Source of the DNA: a virus
Virus genome (UHGV): UHGV-2198042
Length of the DNA stretch: 18,814 nucleotides
Strand: one strand, 5' to 3'
Every line of letters starts with the position of its first letter. The stretch's first letter is position 1. Below the pieces are notes generated by a model that was not told the origin of the DNA, did no database searches, and worked only from the letters and a program-made list of their open reading frames with translations. Below are positions 1 through 7,945 of the stretch, one piece after another. Both the position numbers and the translations under genes were made by a program.

Positions 1-62
1 TGGTATCACTTAAAGGTATTAAAAACAACTTTTTGTCTTTTTACCTTCCCGTTTCGCTCAAG
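1..62. other. host chromosomal flank (attB arm) outside prophage
   Basis: Sequence next to the att core (ttaccttcccgtttcgctcaag) matches, in reverse complement, the bacterial arm of E. coli lambda attB as I recall it; no phage-like ORFs. Confidence 0.6.
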
Positions 63-77
63 TTAGTATAAAAAAGC
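63..77. repeat. att core (O) copy, attR-type junction (P-O-B' read on minus strand)
   Basis: ttagtataaaaaagc is the reverse complement of the lambda core GCTTTTTTATACTAA; host-like sequence on one side, P-arm-like sequence on the other. Confidence 0.85.
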
Positions 78-222
78 TGAACGCGAAACATTAAAAAACA
101 TTAATATCAATGTGTTACAATATCTTTAGTCTAAAAAATAGACTACATGATGCTACAAAACACAACATATCCAGTCACTATGAATCAACTACTTAGATAG
201 TATTAGTGACCTGTAACAGAGC
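78..222. promoter_or_regulatory. attP P-arm homologue with Int arm-type sites
   Basis: Close (not identical) match to the lambda P arm from memory, including the arm-type motif cagtcactatg and ...tattagtgacctgtaacagagc. Confidence 0.65.
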
Positions 223-265
223 ATTAGCGCAAGGTGATTTTTTGTCTTCTTGCGCTAATTTTTTG
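223..265 (+). terminator. sib/tI-like retroregulator hairpin-terminator
   Basis: attagcgcaag...cttgcgctaat 11-bp inverted repeat followed by TTTTTT; position and sequence resemble lambda tI/sib just beyond the P arm, on the strand transcribed from int in circular phage topology. Confidence 0.55.
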
Positions 266-662
266 TCAAACACATTACGTCGTTTGCTGAATTTACAACC
301 ATGCTCAGTATCTCGATAAGCGCAGAGAAATGATGCAATGGTGGGCGGACTGGCTTGATGAAAAGGTGGAGTGATCCACCTTAACCCATATCGAATAGAA
401 CAAAGTCTTGCAATCCAGTGCAAAGCTTTGTGCGCCTAAGTTTTGTCTAAGCGTTCTACTGAAAACATAGTAAAATCGGTAACGGCTGGAAATCATTCAA
501 TACTCGCACTATCGAAAGTTCGCCAGCCAGCCGTGGCACGTTCTTGCATACGACGTGCTACGGTTTCATTTATCTCCCGAAACTCCATTTGGATTTATCC
601 GGTGCGCCGTAAAACCCCGTCCTTCAGGGCGTGGAGGATGTCAACTGGACGCACTGGAGCTG

Positions 663-725
663 GTCGATACTTCCGGTGCGCCAGATATTGAATGGCCTAC
701 GCCTCCGGCAGTTCAGGCCAGATGA
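663..725 (+). pseudogene. vestigial tail-fibre-assembly C-terminus in inverted orientation
   Basis: + strand frame reads VDTSGAPDIEWPTPPAVQAR*, matching the conserved Tfa C-terminal motif (..DTS.APDI.WP..P); upstream in frame is not Tfa-like and hits a stop at 480-482. Overlaps the 3' end of the minus-strand tfa. Confidence 0.45.
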
Positions 726-1305
726 CATCCGGCGCGGTGCTGGTATCTGTTGCCGTCACCGCGTCAATGTAATCCAGCGCAGCGTTAAGTCGGGCGGTTT
801 CTGCCTGCGTCAGATTCCGTCCGGCCCGTAATTTCAGCTGAATCAGACTAATGGAAGCCATTGCTGCATCAATCAGTGACTGGCGCTTTACTTCTGCCGC
901 GTCTAGTGCGGCACTATGCTGTGCATCGGCATCCGTCACCCATTTTTGGCCATCCCATTTGTCGTATGGCGTATCAGGTGCTTTGGTGGTGGTTCCTTCC
1001 GGGTATTCTCCCAACTGTGAAACTGCCACAGGTTCTCCAGTTTCCGTGCTGTAAACGGTTTCGCCGCGATGGTCTGCAACATATTCCCAACCGGTCAAAT
1101 CAGCCGTCCGGCAAACAGCAAAGCCGTCCTTTTTGCTGATTGGCGCATCCACGCACGAATTGCCTGGAACACCAACGCCAACGGGAAGATATTCAACAGA
1201 TAAACCGATATATTCACGCGTCACGCCATCGTAATTATAAACAGTGATAACCCCAGATTCCGTGGCGAACCCGTTTTCATCCAGGTTGATTTCTTTTGTG
1301 GTCAT
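697..1305 (-). CDS. tfa: tail fibre assembly protein (Tfa family)
   Basis: 202 aa; C-terminus ...DTSTAPDVIWPELPEA typical of lambda Tfa / Mu gpU-type chaperones; immediately downstream of the tail fibre gene. Confidence 0.8.
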   Translation of the reverse strand: MTTKEINLDENGFATESGVITVYNYDGVTREYIGLSVEYLPVGVGVPGNSCVDAPISKKDGFAVCRTADLTGWEYVADHRGETVYSTETGEPVAVSQLGEYPEGTTTKAPDTPYDKWDGQKWVTDADAQHSAALDAAEVKRQSLIDAAMASISLIQLKLRAGRNLTQAETARLNAALDYIDAVTATDTSTAPDVIWPELPEA

Positions 1306-2189
1306 TATACCGCCCTTACAATGTAGTTGAATGCAATGTTGCGCGGACGGGTTTCTGAGCCGCCCACTTCGACGGTTGGTCGAGTATCGAAATTTACTAC
1401 TTTCCCGCTTGCATCTGCTGAAACAAGGTCATAGCCCCCAGTAGGATCAAAGGCGCTTAACCCCCATGTGCGATCAAAGTTATGGCTGTGGGATTTAAAC
1501 TCATCGTTCTGAGTAGACAGTAAACCGCGGCCATTATCCACACCGCGCCCGTCATCCCAGCCACGAATAAACTCACCACGTAAATCAGGCAATTTATTTG
1601 TCGGATAAGCCTTTGCTAGTTCCGGATATTCTTCAGCAGAAAAAGCCGCACCATTGCATTTCAACCAGCCTGTTGGCGGAGTGGCTGAAGGCCACGGAAC
1701 AGGCACCCCAACAGGTAATGCTGAGCCTTCTCCCAAACCAAGGTATGTGAGAATATCAGCAATAGTATTTTTCCCAATAATGTCACGGCCAACAGAAGTT
1801 AAATCAGTCTGCGCTGCTGTATCATTTCCAGTGAAATATGGGAGTTTATTTGCACCTGTTGCGAGCCCAGCTAATGCCGACAGCGTGGCATCAAGCGCCT
1901 GGAAATCTTTCCCGAAAGCGGTCCCCATTTTGGATATAAACCCGTTCAGGTCTCCATCATCAAGCACATCCAGCCCGCTTTTGTTGGCGGTGTACTGCGC
2001 CAACGCTGCCGCGATAAAGCTGGCTTGCCGAATAGCTTTGTTGACCTGTGCGCTGGATGCTTTACCTGCCGTAAACCCTGAAAGCAGAGCCGGAAGTGCT
2101 TCCCAGTCAGCTTGTGAGGTGACGTTAGCGTTCGGATCAAGCGCGAAAGGTTTAAAGTTGTTTATTGCCATTAGAGTATTGTCCCCCAT
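1305..2189 (-). CDS. tail fibre protein (P2 gpH-like N-region, tail-collar type C-terminus)
   Basis: 294 aa; segment DATLSALAGLATGANKLPYFTGND...VGRDIIGK resembles the P2 gpH conserved region; C-terminal GWLKCNGAAFS...PDLRGEFIRGW resembles the phage tail collar motif. Confidence 0.75.
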   Translation of the reverse strand: MGDNTLMAINNFKPFALDPNANVTSQADWEALPALLSGFTAGKASSAQVNKAIRQASFIAAALAQYTANKSGLDVLDDGDLNGFISKMGTAFGKDFQALDATLSALAGLATGANKLPYFTGNDTAAQTDLTSVGRDIIGKNTIADILTYLGLGEGSALPVGVPVPWPSATPPTGWLKCNGAAFSAEEYPELAKAYPTNKLPDLRGEFIRGWDDGRGVDNGRGLLSTQNDEFKSHSHNFDRTWGLSAFDPTGGYDLVSADASGKVVNFDTRPTVEVGGSETRPRNIAFNYIVRAV

Positions 2190-2851
2190 GCTCCAACATC
2201 GAACCCGCCGATGTATTCGTTATCCATATCAAACCCAAAGAATTTAGAGCCTTCTGACGGTGTTTCTACCGAAGGCGTTTCAACATCACCGGCCCATACG
2301 CCAGCTGATTTAACGGTGAGATAGCCCTGTTTGATAGCGGCGATCAGTTCGAGAGACACATCAGAAATATCAGTTTCAGGGAAAACCCAGACCGAAATCG
2401 TCATGTCCTGGTTGTCGACGATCTGCATCCTCAGGCCTGAGCCTGCGGTAGCAGCGTCAAGGATGGGAGGCAGAGAGTCGTTCCGACCGTCCCAGTTGTT
2501 GATAGCGATTTTCGCTTTCAGAATGATGCGGTACGTCTCATCGCTTAGCGTCGTATAGCCAGAATCAGGATCATATGGCCCTTGCCAGATGCCCTGGTCA
2601 TACCCAAGCCCGTCAGTGTCCAAGCTGAAATAAACTCCGCTAATTGGCTGGCTGACTATGCGACTGCGTCCGATCCACAGACCGAGGATGTCGAGCTGTA
2701 CACCGACAGCAGTATCGATATCGAAGGCTGTTATAAGCCCTGACATAGTGCTGGACACATCAATCAGCGGGCAGGTGCTCAGATCTATATGGTCAAAAAA
2801 GAGTGGCTTGGTAGCGTGGTAGTTAGTGATCAGTTCGGTGTATTTGCTCAT
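2171..2851 (-). CDS. baseplate protein (P2 gpI / Mu gp48-like)
   Basis: 226 aa ORF between the baseplate J-like gene and the tail fibre gene, with overlapping stop/start; assignment by synteny and size. Confidence 0.6.
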   Translation of the reverse strand: MSKYTELITNYHATKPLFFDHIDLSTCPLIDVSSTMSGLITAFDIDTAVGVQLDILGLWIGRSRIVSQPISGVYFSLDTDGLGYDQGIWQGPYDPDSGYTTLSDETYRIILKAKIAINNWDGRNDSLPPILDAATAGSGLRMQIVDNQDMTISVWVFPETDISDVSLELIAAIKQGYLTVKSAGVWAGDVETPSVETPSEGSKFFGFDMDNEYIGGFDVGAWGTIL

Positions 2852-4047
2852 GAGGTCACCGTGATACTGATATTCGCGGTGCTACAGGACGCTGAAGCAT
2901 CATAGGCAATATCAATGTTTGATGCCGATACGCTGCCAGACGACTTACCGATCAGCAGGTCGGTAATATCGTAATAGCGGGCATTCCCGCCGCTCACAAC
3001 GCCGAGGTTTGCCGGGGAATAAATACGGCTCAGCAGAACGTCGTCGCCAATTGTTAGGCCATTTATATAATCGGCAACAGCCTGTTTAATCTGCTCGCCG
3101 ATTTGAGAGGTATAGCCGGTAAAAACTTTCAGGGTAATGGCTACGAAAATTGGCACATCGGTAGAGCGCGAAAAACTGATGACGTGAGGATTACCATAAG
3201 TATCCGGCACTGTGACAGAAGTTTTACCGTAAGTTGCGGTTCCCTGCCCTTTATTCCCCCTGATGGTCTGGGCTATCTCGGTAACATCCCCTCCATCGAC
3301 GATGGCGGAAATAGAGTGTGGCGGCAGCCCGTTGCTGTCGGTTGCCCCAGTATCGTTCTTATATAGTTTGTGACGTGTCACGCCAGCAACATTAGCGATA
3401 GCACCGTCGACACCTTCAAACGGTGTGATCGATGGTAGCGCGACGCTTTGCCCCTGCCGAATGCGCAGCTCTGCGTCGGTTTCGGCTGGTGAACCGACAG
3501 TAGCCGCAACTGGATTGGTTACCGACACCCAACCTCGGGTCGGGGTGTTGATAGTGGTAATAGTCCCGGCCAGCGCCGCAACCGAACCGCTATTCGCACA
3601 TGTGGCCGTCACCAGCACAGTACCATCAACGCCGATCGCTACACTTGCGGGAAAATTCCAGATAATGCCGTTTTTATCCCGTGCGGAGCCATTCGTGATA
3701 GTCGTGCCTGCCGTACCGGTTAACAGAAGGTCAGCAGTAGAGTTTGTCGCTACTTTTCGCGTGATCCCGTTAATTTTCACATTGCTGCTAAGCGCTGCGG
3801 CCTGCGCTGTCGTCGGTGAAAAAGAGTTGTAGATCCCGATAGCGGTGTTGTTAGCGTCATGCACGGCAAGAGCCACCAGCGCGACCATCTGCCCGTCTTT
3901 GCTGTCTGGTTCGAGGTAGGCATCACTACCGTAAATCTGCCTGAAATAGCTGGTCAGTGTATCTAGGATTGTCTGGTAATCAGGCGCACTAATCCCCTGG
4001 GCGGTTACCGTTGCCGATAGCCCCAGCGTGTCGAGGTTCAAAGCCAT
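2848..4047 (-). CDS. baseplate J-like protein (P2 gpJ / Mu gp47-like)
   Basis: 399 aa; size, composition and synteny (after the gp25/W-like gene, before the gpI-like gene) fit baseplate J-family wedge proteins. Confidence 0.7.
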   Translation of the reverse strand: MALNLDTLGLSATVTAQGISAPDYQTILDTLTSYFRQIYGSDAYLEPDSKDGQMVALVALAVHDANNTAIGIYNSFSPTTAQAAALSSNVKINGITRKVATNSTADLLLTGTAGTTITNGSARDKNGIIWNFPASVAIGVDGTVLVTATCANSGSVAALAGTITTINTPTRGWVSVTNPVAATVGSPAETDAELRIRQGQSVALPSITPFEGVDGAIANVAGVTRHKLYKNDTGATDSNGLPPHSISAIVDGGDVTEIAQTIRGNKGQGTATYGKTSVTVPDTYGNPHVISFSRSTDVPIFVAITLKVFTGYTSQIGEQIKQAVADYINGLTIGDDVLLSRIYSPANLGVVSGGNARYYDITDLLIGKSSGSVSASNIDIAYDASASCSTANISITVTS

Positions 4048-4401
4048 TTATGCCTCGCTTGTTACAGTCGTCTGGCCGTAGATTGTGTCAATGGAGGAAG
4101 TGAAGGTGACGCGACGGCTGGTGCCGTCATAATTGGTATCGAAGGAAAGAATCGACAGAACGCCCGGTGTATCCTGTATGCGTTCGCGTATAGCCAGGAT
4201 GTAGACATCTGATCGCTGCTTCCCAAGCACTGACTGAACATACGGCGTGCCTTCCGTCAGATCGAGAAACCACTGACCGCGCCACAGCTCGAAACGGGTT
4301 TTTACGGCCTGGGCGACACATTCCGGACTGTCGATAAGGAAAGTATCGTCACCCTGGCCGAAAGTGTAATCGCCTTCAGTATCTTCGCGACGGTATCGCA
4401 T
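4048..4401 (-). CDS. small baseplate protein (gpW/gp25 or Mu gp46-like)
   Basis: 117 aa ORF tightly coupled between the spike and J-like genes. Confidence 0.5.
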   Translation of the reverse strand: MRYRREDTEGDYTFGQGDDTFLIDSPECVAQAVKTRFELWRGQWFLDLTEGTPYVQSVLGKQRSDVYILAIRERIQDTPGVLSILSFDTNYDGTSRRVTFTSSIDTIYGQTTVTSEA

Positions 4402-5141
4402 TATTGCGGCCCTCCGGTAGTTCCCCCGCCAGTCTGTACTCCGCCATGTTTATGCGTGGCGACACTGATACCAGAAGCTGTTACGTCATTCGTTACCGTC
4501 ACCGGCCCAAGCATCGTCGCAGTACCGCCGCTTTCGCCCATTCCCTGAGACAAGTTGCCATTAATCGTTACGTTGCCGTTCAGCGTGATAGTCGGGGATG
4601 TGATTGTCGTTCCACCTTCAGCCGTAGCTGTAAGCTGGCCCGGTGTTTTAATGGTGATGTTATGTCCTGCGGCGACTTCTACAAACGCCGCACCATCATC
4701 GGTTCGCAGCTGCGCGGCGCTGGTACTGATACCGCTGATTTTCCGTGCTTGCGACTGTGGGCCAACGATGGCGAACGCATCAGATAAGTCATGCTGGCGC
4801 GGGTCGACGGTCTCCTGCACGCCGCCGCTCTGCCACCAGAAATCGATGCAACGGTCGGCAAAGAGCAGCAGGCACTCGTCGCCTTCTTTAACCGGAAAAG
4901 TCAGCGTACAACCGCCGCCACGCGGGAAGATAACCGGCACATCCACCAGCGGTTTTAATTCGGTGGAGCCATCGCCAACGATACCGCGAAGCGCTACCTC
5001 TACCGTGCAGGTAACAGTGTCAGGATCGAACGACTGAATGATGCCGGGCATCGCTACGCGCATCTGGGTAGACACCGAATCGGCAATGGCCTGCGCGGTC
5101 TGCTGCTCACCGCCGATCTGTGATTGAGTTGGAATTGGCAT
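4401..5141 (-). CDS. baseplate spike/hub protein (P2 gpV / Mu gp45-like)
   Basis: 246 aa; N-terminal region ...PLVDVPVIFPRGGGCTLTFPVKEGDECLLLF resembles the gpV OB-fold; Gly/Thr-rich C-terminus; G-rich RBS before the ATG. Confidence 0.7.
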   Translation of the reverse strand: MPIPTQSQIGGEQQTAQAIADSVSTQMRVAMPGIIQSFDPDTVTCTVEVALRGIVGDGSTELKPLVDVPVIFPRGGGCTLTFPVKEGDECLLLFADRCIDFWWQSGGVQETVDPRQHDLSDAFAIVGPQSQARKISGISTSAAQLRTDDGAAFVEVAAGHNITIKTPGQLTATAEGGTTITSPTITLNGNVTINGNLSQGMGESGGTATMLGPVTVTNDVTASGISVATHKHGGVQTGGGTTGGPQ

Positions 5142-5152
5142 AAAACCCCCAT

Positions 5153-5180
5153 AAAAAAACCAGCCGAAGCTGGTTTGGTA
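5153..5180 (-). terminator. intrinsic terminator-like hairpin (minus strand) upstream of spike gene
   Basis: Minus strand reads aaaccagc-TTCG-gctggttt followed by ttttat; 8-bp perfect stem with a UUCG tetraloop and a U-run. Confidence 0.45.
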
Positions 5181-5242
5181 TCAATTATCTCTTAGTAACT
5201 AAGCTACATCAGTGTGAAGTAAGGCTTTTCCGCTGCAATGGC

Positions 5243-5259
5243 ACACATTCACAATGTGT
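5243..5259. promoter_or_regulatory. 7-bp inverted repeat (acacatt-cac-aatgtgt), operator-like
   Basis: Perfect palindrome in the intergenic region about 105 bp upstream of the + strand small ORF; -35-like hexamers (ttgcaa, ttgaaa) nearby. Confidence 0.25.
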
Positions 5260-5363
5260 ATTAGGATATGTTTGCAACAAGTAAGCATTGAAAATCAATT
5301 TCAGCCATGAAGCCGCCATAGAGTGGACCTGCACCATCGCATTATTGACTACAGGAGTAACAA

Positions 5364-5654
5364 ATGGGATTTAGATTTCGTAAAAGAATCCGGATTGCGC
5401 CCGGACTCGCGATCAACATTAGTAAAAGCGGAGTAAGCACTTCAATTGGTGGTAAAGGTTCCACCATTAACATCGGGAAAAAAGGCGTAAAGATGACAAA
5501 TGGCCTTCCCGGCACGGGGCTGTCGCATACCACTAACCTTTACTCTCCCGGGAAATCGACAGAAAAAAAACAACTTACTCATAAGCAAAAAATAATTAGA
5601 AACATCCTGTTCGTAATTATTGTGTTTATTATAATTAAAGCTCAATATTTTTGA
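5364..5654 (+). CDS. DUF4236-like small protein with C-terminal transmembrane helix
   Basis: 96 aa; N-terminus MGFRFRKRIRIAPGLAINISKSGVSTSIGGKG... resembles DUF4236 proteins from memory; C-terminal ILFVIIVFIII hydrophobic stretch; RBS aggagt 6 nt before ATG; antisense to all neighbouring genes. Confidence 0.55.
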   Translation: MGFRFRKRIRIAPGLAINISKSGVSTSIGGKGSTINIGKKGVKMTNGLPGTGLSHTTNLYSPGKSTEKKQLTHKQKIIRNILFVIIVFIIIKAQYF

Positions 5655-5658
5655 CGCA

Positions 5659-5690
5659 TGCCCGCCTATCTGGCGGGCTATTTTACTTTT
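5659..5690 (+). terminator. intrinsic terminator of the small + strand ORF
   Basis: gcccgcc-tatct-ggcgggc 7-bp GC stem followed by tattttactttt, starting 5 nt after the ORF stop; overlaps the stop codon of the convergent 296-aa gene. Confidence 0.55.
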
Positions 5691-6568
5691 CGGCAGTCGT
5701 ATGTTGCATACTGGCGCGGCGCGTCTATGCTGGCCTGCAACCACTGTGCGTTGAGAATAGCTTTTCCGTTGCGCTTGATGTACTCAAGCCCAACCCAGCG
5801 GCCGGGTTGATTAGTGGCAGCCATCCACTCCATCTTGATGTTATCCGGTTCCCCTTTGGTGCTACCACCAGAGCCGATTGGGCTAATTTTTTGCGTCTCT
5901 GGTTTTGCGCCATTAATTCTGGCCCAACCATCAGCAGAAGACAGATCAATCGTATAAGGACCACAGACTGTTTTGTAATTCACGCCAAGCTTTTCGTTAC
6001 TGTGAACATTACTACTTTTCTCGTAATCAGCCTTGGCTACGTCGTTCATTTTTTGATAGATGGCAGGTTGCTTCAGCGATAACTCATTTAGCTGTTTTAC
6101 AAAATTTTCTCGTGAAACCTCTGCAAGCCCCATGGGTTTTCTATCAATGATATAATCATCATAAATCTTTAATACAACAGCCGAAGAAGAAAGTTTCTTA
6201 GCTAAATCATTTACAAAATTGAGATAATTTAGCTGAGAATTATCTCTTACATCGATAGCCCTAACTCCACCTGTGCCGTACTCATGATATGCAGCATAAA
6301 AAGCTGGTATATTCTCCGGCTTTTTATTGATTGCCTTAATCAACCCGTCAGGACCACAGATCTCGCCACTCCAGTCAATTAGTGACTTCCCTTTAGATTT
6401 CCATGTCTGACAATCATCTGTCGATAAAATTACTATCGGCTGCCATCCTGGACGTCTTTTGTACTCAGCGTTCTGCGCGGAATTAAAGCCTGCACTCGCG
6501 CCCCCGGATAAGAGCAACCCGGAAAGAAAAAGTGCGCTATATCGAATTCCGTTCTTATTTGTACCCAC
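5678..6568 (-). CDS. secreted/periplasmic protein of unknown function (signal peptide)
   Basis: 296 aa; GTG start 7 nt after an AGGAGG RBS and directly after the upstream gene stop; N-terminus MGTNKNGIRYSALFLSGLLLSGGASA/GF is signal-peptide-like; AT-rich relative to flanking tail genes; shares a 17-residue motif with the tape-measure protein. Confidence 0.65.
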   Translation of the reverse strand: MGTNKNGIRYSALFLSGLLLSGGASAGFNSAQNAEYKRRPGWQPIVILSTDDCQTWKSKGKSLIDWSGEICGPDGLIKAINKKPENIPAFYAAYHEYGTGGVRAIDVRDNSQLNYLNFVNDLAKKLSSSAVVLKIYDDYIIDRKPMGLAEVSRENFVKQLNELSLKQPAIYQKMNDVAKADYEKSSNVHSNEKLGVNYKTVCGPYTIDLSSADGWARINGAKPETQKISPIGSGGSTKGEPDNIKMEWMAATNQPGRWVGLEYIKRNGKAILNAQWLQASIDAPRQYATYDCRKVK

Positions 6569-7636
6569 TTAATTTCCTCCTGAGCGAGCTATAGTCGACT
6601 GGCTAATCAGGTCACGAGCCCCACGCGCAAAACACATCAAATCCATGTACCACGCCTGACCTCTGGTGTCACCAGTATAATCGATAGCTTTGACGATATA
6701 AACGCCATCTGTCGCAATGCTGGCAGCCTGTGACGTTGTGCCGGTCAGTACGCGGTTGCCGTTCTCTTCTGTTTCGGTGATGCGACCGGGCGACTGTGCT
6801 ATTTCGCTATTACCGAGCGCGGCGCGGTACACCGAAGCCTGATCGAGCTGGATAAGACCATTAATACGGATGTTTGGGTTTATCAGGCACCGCACGTTTA
6901 CTCCGCCGCCCATCGTTTGTTGCGGCATACCGATCAGGCCAGTATCGGCATTCAACACAATGGCTTCGTGAATATATTTATCCTCCGGCACCATCTGGAC
7001 CTGACCATCCACCAGCTGCCATGTCGCTTTGCACTGCGCAGCAATATTATCCATCACGTTACGGGTGGATGAATAAATCGCACGGCCACGAGGAAACACG
7101 GTATCAGGAAAGTCACCGGTAATGCCCTGCGTCACGCCGAACGCGTTGAAATCCTGCATAGTCGCCCGGTGCAGGTCCGCAACGGTATAACCAGCGGCAA
7201 GCGTGGTGATGGTAGTCGCGTAGAGGAACGCTTCGTGGTTACTGATGGCCTGAATCAGCACCCAGGAATCGGTGATGTTGTCCTTCCCGGTGACGGTGAA
7301 GCGAATATCACCGTCAAATATCAGGCCGTAGTTCTGACCGTTCACCTGCCCTACCTGGTCTGGTGAAATCTCCCGGGCGACACCAACCTGGCTCGCATCA
7401 ACATCCGGCGCAATACCGTCATACCCGGCAATGATGCGAATTTTTGCAAACTCCTGCCCCAGTATCTTGTTCGTGGTATCGGTCGAAAGGTTGTAAATTT
7501 TCACGTTCGCCACGCGTGGCCAGCGTGTGTCTGCCCACTCGATCTGGAACGTGACCTTAAAGTCAGACAGGGAAACGCCCTGCCCGTTCTGGTCCAACAG
7601 TTGCAGCTCAAAATGGCGCATCCAGTTAAGAGACAT
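6569..7636 (-). CDS. tail/baseplate protein (Mu gpP/gp44-like position)
   Basis: 355 aa ORF in the tail module between the tape-measure region and the spike; assignment by synteny only. Confidence 0.5.
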   Translation of the reverse strand: MSLNWMRHFELQLLDQNGQGVSLSDFKVTFQIEWADTRWPRVANVKIYNLSTDTTNKILGQEFAKIRIIAGYDGIAPDVDASQVGVAREISPDQVGQVNGQNYGLIFDGDIRFTVTGKDNITDSWVLIQAISNHEAFLYATTITTLAAGYTVADLHRATMQDFNAFGVTQGITGDFPDTVFPRGRAIYSSTRNVMDNIAAQCKATWQLVDGQVQMVPEDKYIHEAIVLNADTGLIGMPQQTMGGGVNVRCLINPNIRINGLIQLDQASVYRAALGNSEIAQSPGRITETEENGNRVLTGTTSQAASIATDGVYIVKAIDYTGDTRGQAWYMDLMCFARGARDLISQSTIARSGGN

Positions 7637-7638
7637 TT

Positions 7639-7944
7639 CTACTCCTGTACGAAAATGAGGTGGCTGTATGTGCCGAGGTTGGTTTTGGTGGGCTCGTCTG
7701 GTGCGCCCTTATCGGTCGCCACCACCAGCGCGCCATCAATGCCAAGCTGTGGATATTGTCGTAAAAGGTTTACGCCGGTCAGTAGAGGTACGCCAGAGAG
7801 AAGCGCGGCACCGCCGCTATCCATCACGTCCATAATCCAGCCAGCCGCATCACGTCAGATGATCCTGAGTGTATACGTGGTATTGCCCAGCAAAACGCGG
7901 AACTGCTGATTGTCAGGAGAAAGCGGTATTTCGTTAAACTGCAT
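7639..7944 (-). pseudogene. small tail/baseplate gene split by a frameshift
   Basis: Two contiguous reading frames, 7855-7944 (MQFNEIPLSPDNQQFRVLLGNTTYTLRII*) and 7639-7833 (64 aa), overlap at about 7834-7860; together about 100 codons filling the gap between flanking tail genes. Confidence 0.4.
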
Positions 7945-7945
7945 A

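Noticed and set aside
193-496. Minus-strand ORFs 193-423 and 305-496 near the att site
   Set aside because: They overlap the att P-arm and sib hairpin, have no RBS and no recognisable protein features; most likely noncoding.
443-831. + strand ORFs 443-691 and 631-831
   Set aside because: Low-complexity translations in alternative frames that overlap the tfa 3' end; only the frame ending at 725 shows a recognisable (Tfa C-terminal) motif, reported separately as a remnant.
1654-2247. Antisense ORFs inside tail and replication genes (for example 1654-2247 +, 3425-3832 +, 4555-5037 +, 9163-9732 +, 15853-16152 +, 17202-17573 +)
   Set aside because: Each lies wholly within a longer, well-supported minus-strand gene; their translations are low-complexity (Ala/Arg/Ser/Pro-rich) with no RBS or recognisable motifs.
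5442-5964. Minus-strand ORF 5442-5744 and ORF 5725-5964 in the insert region
   Set aside because: They overlap the better-supported DUF4236-like ORF and 296-aa gene in other frames and lack an RBS or motifs.
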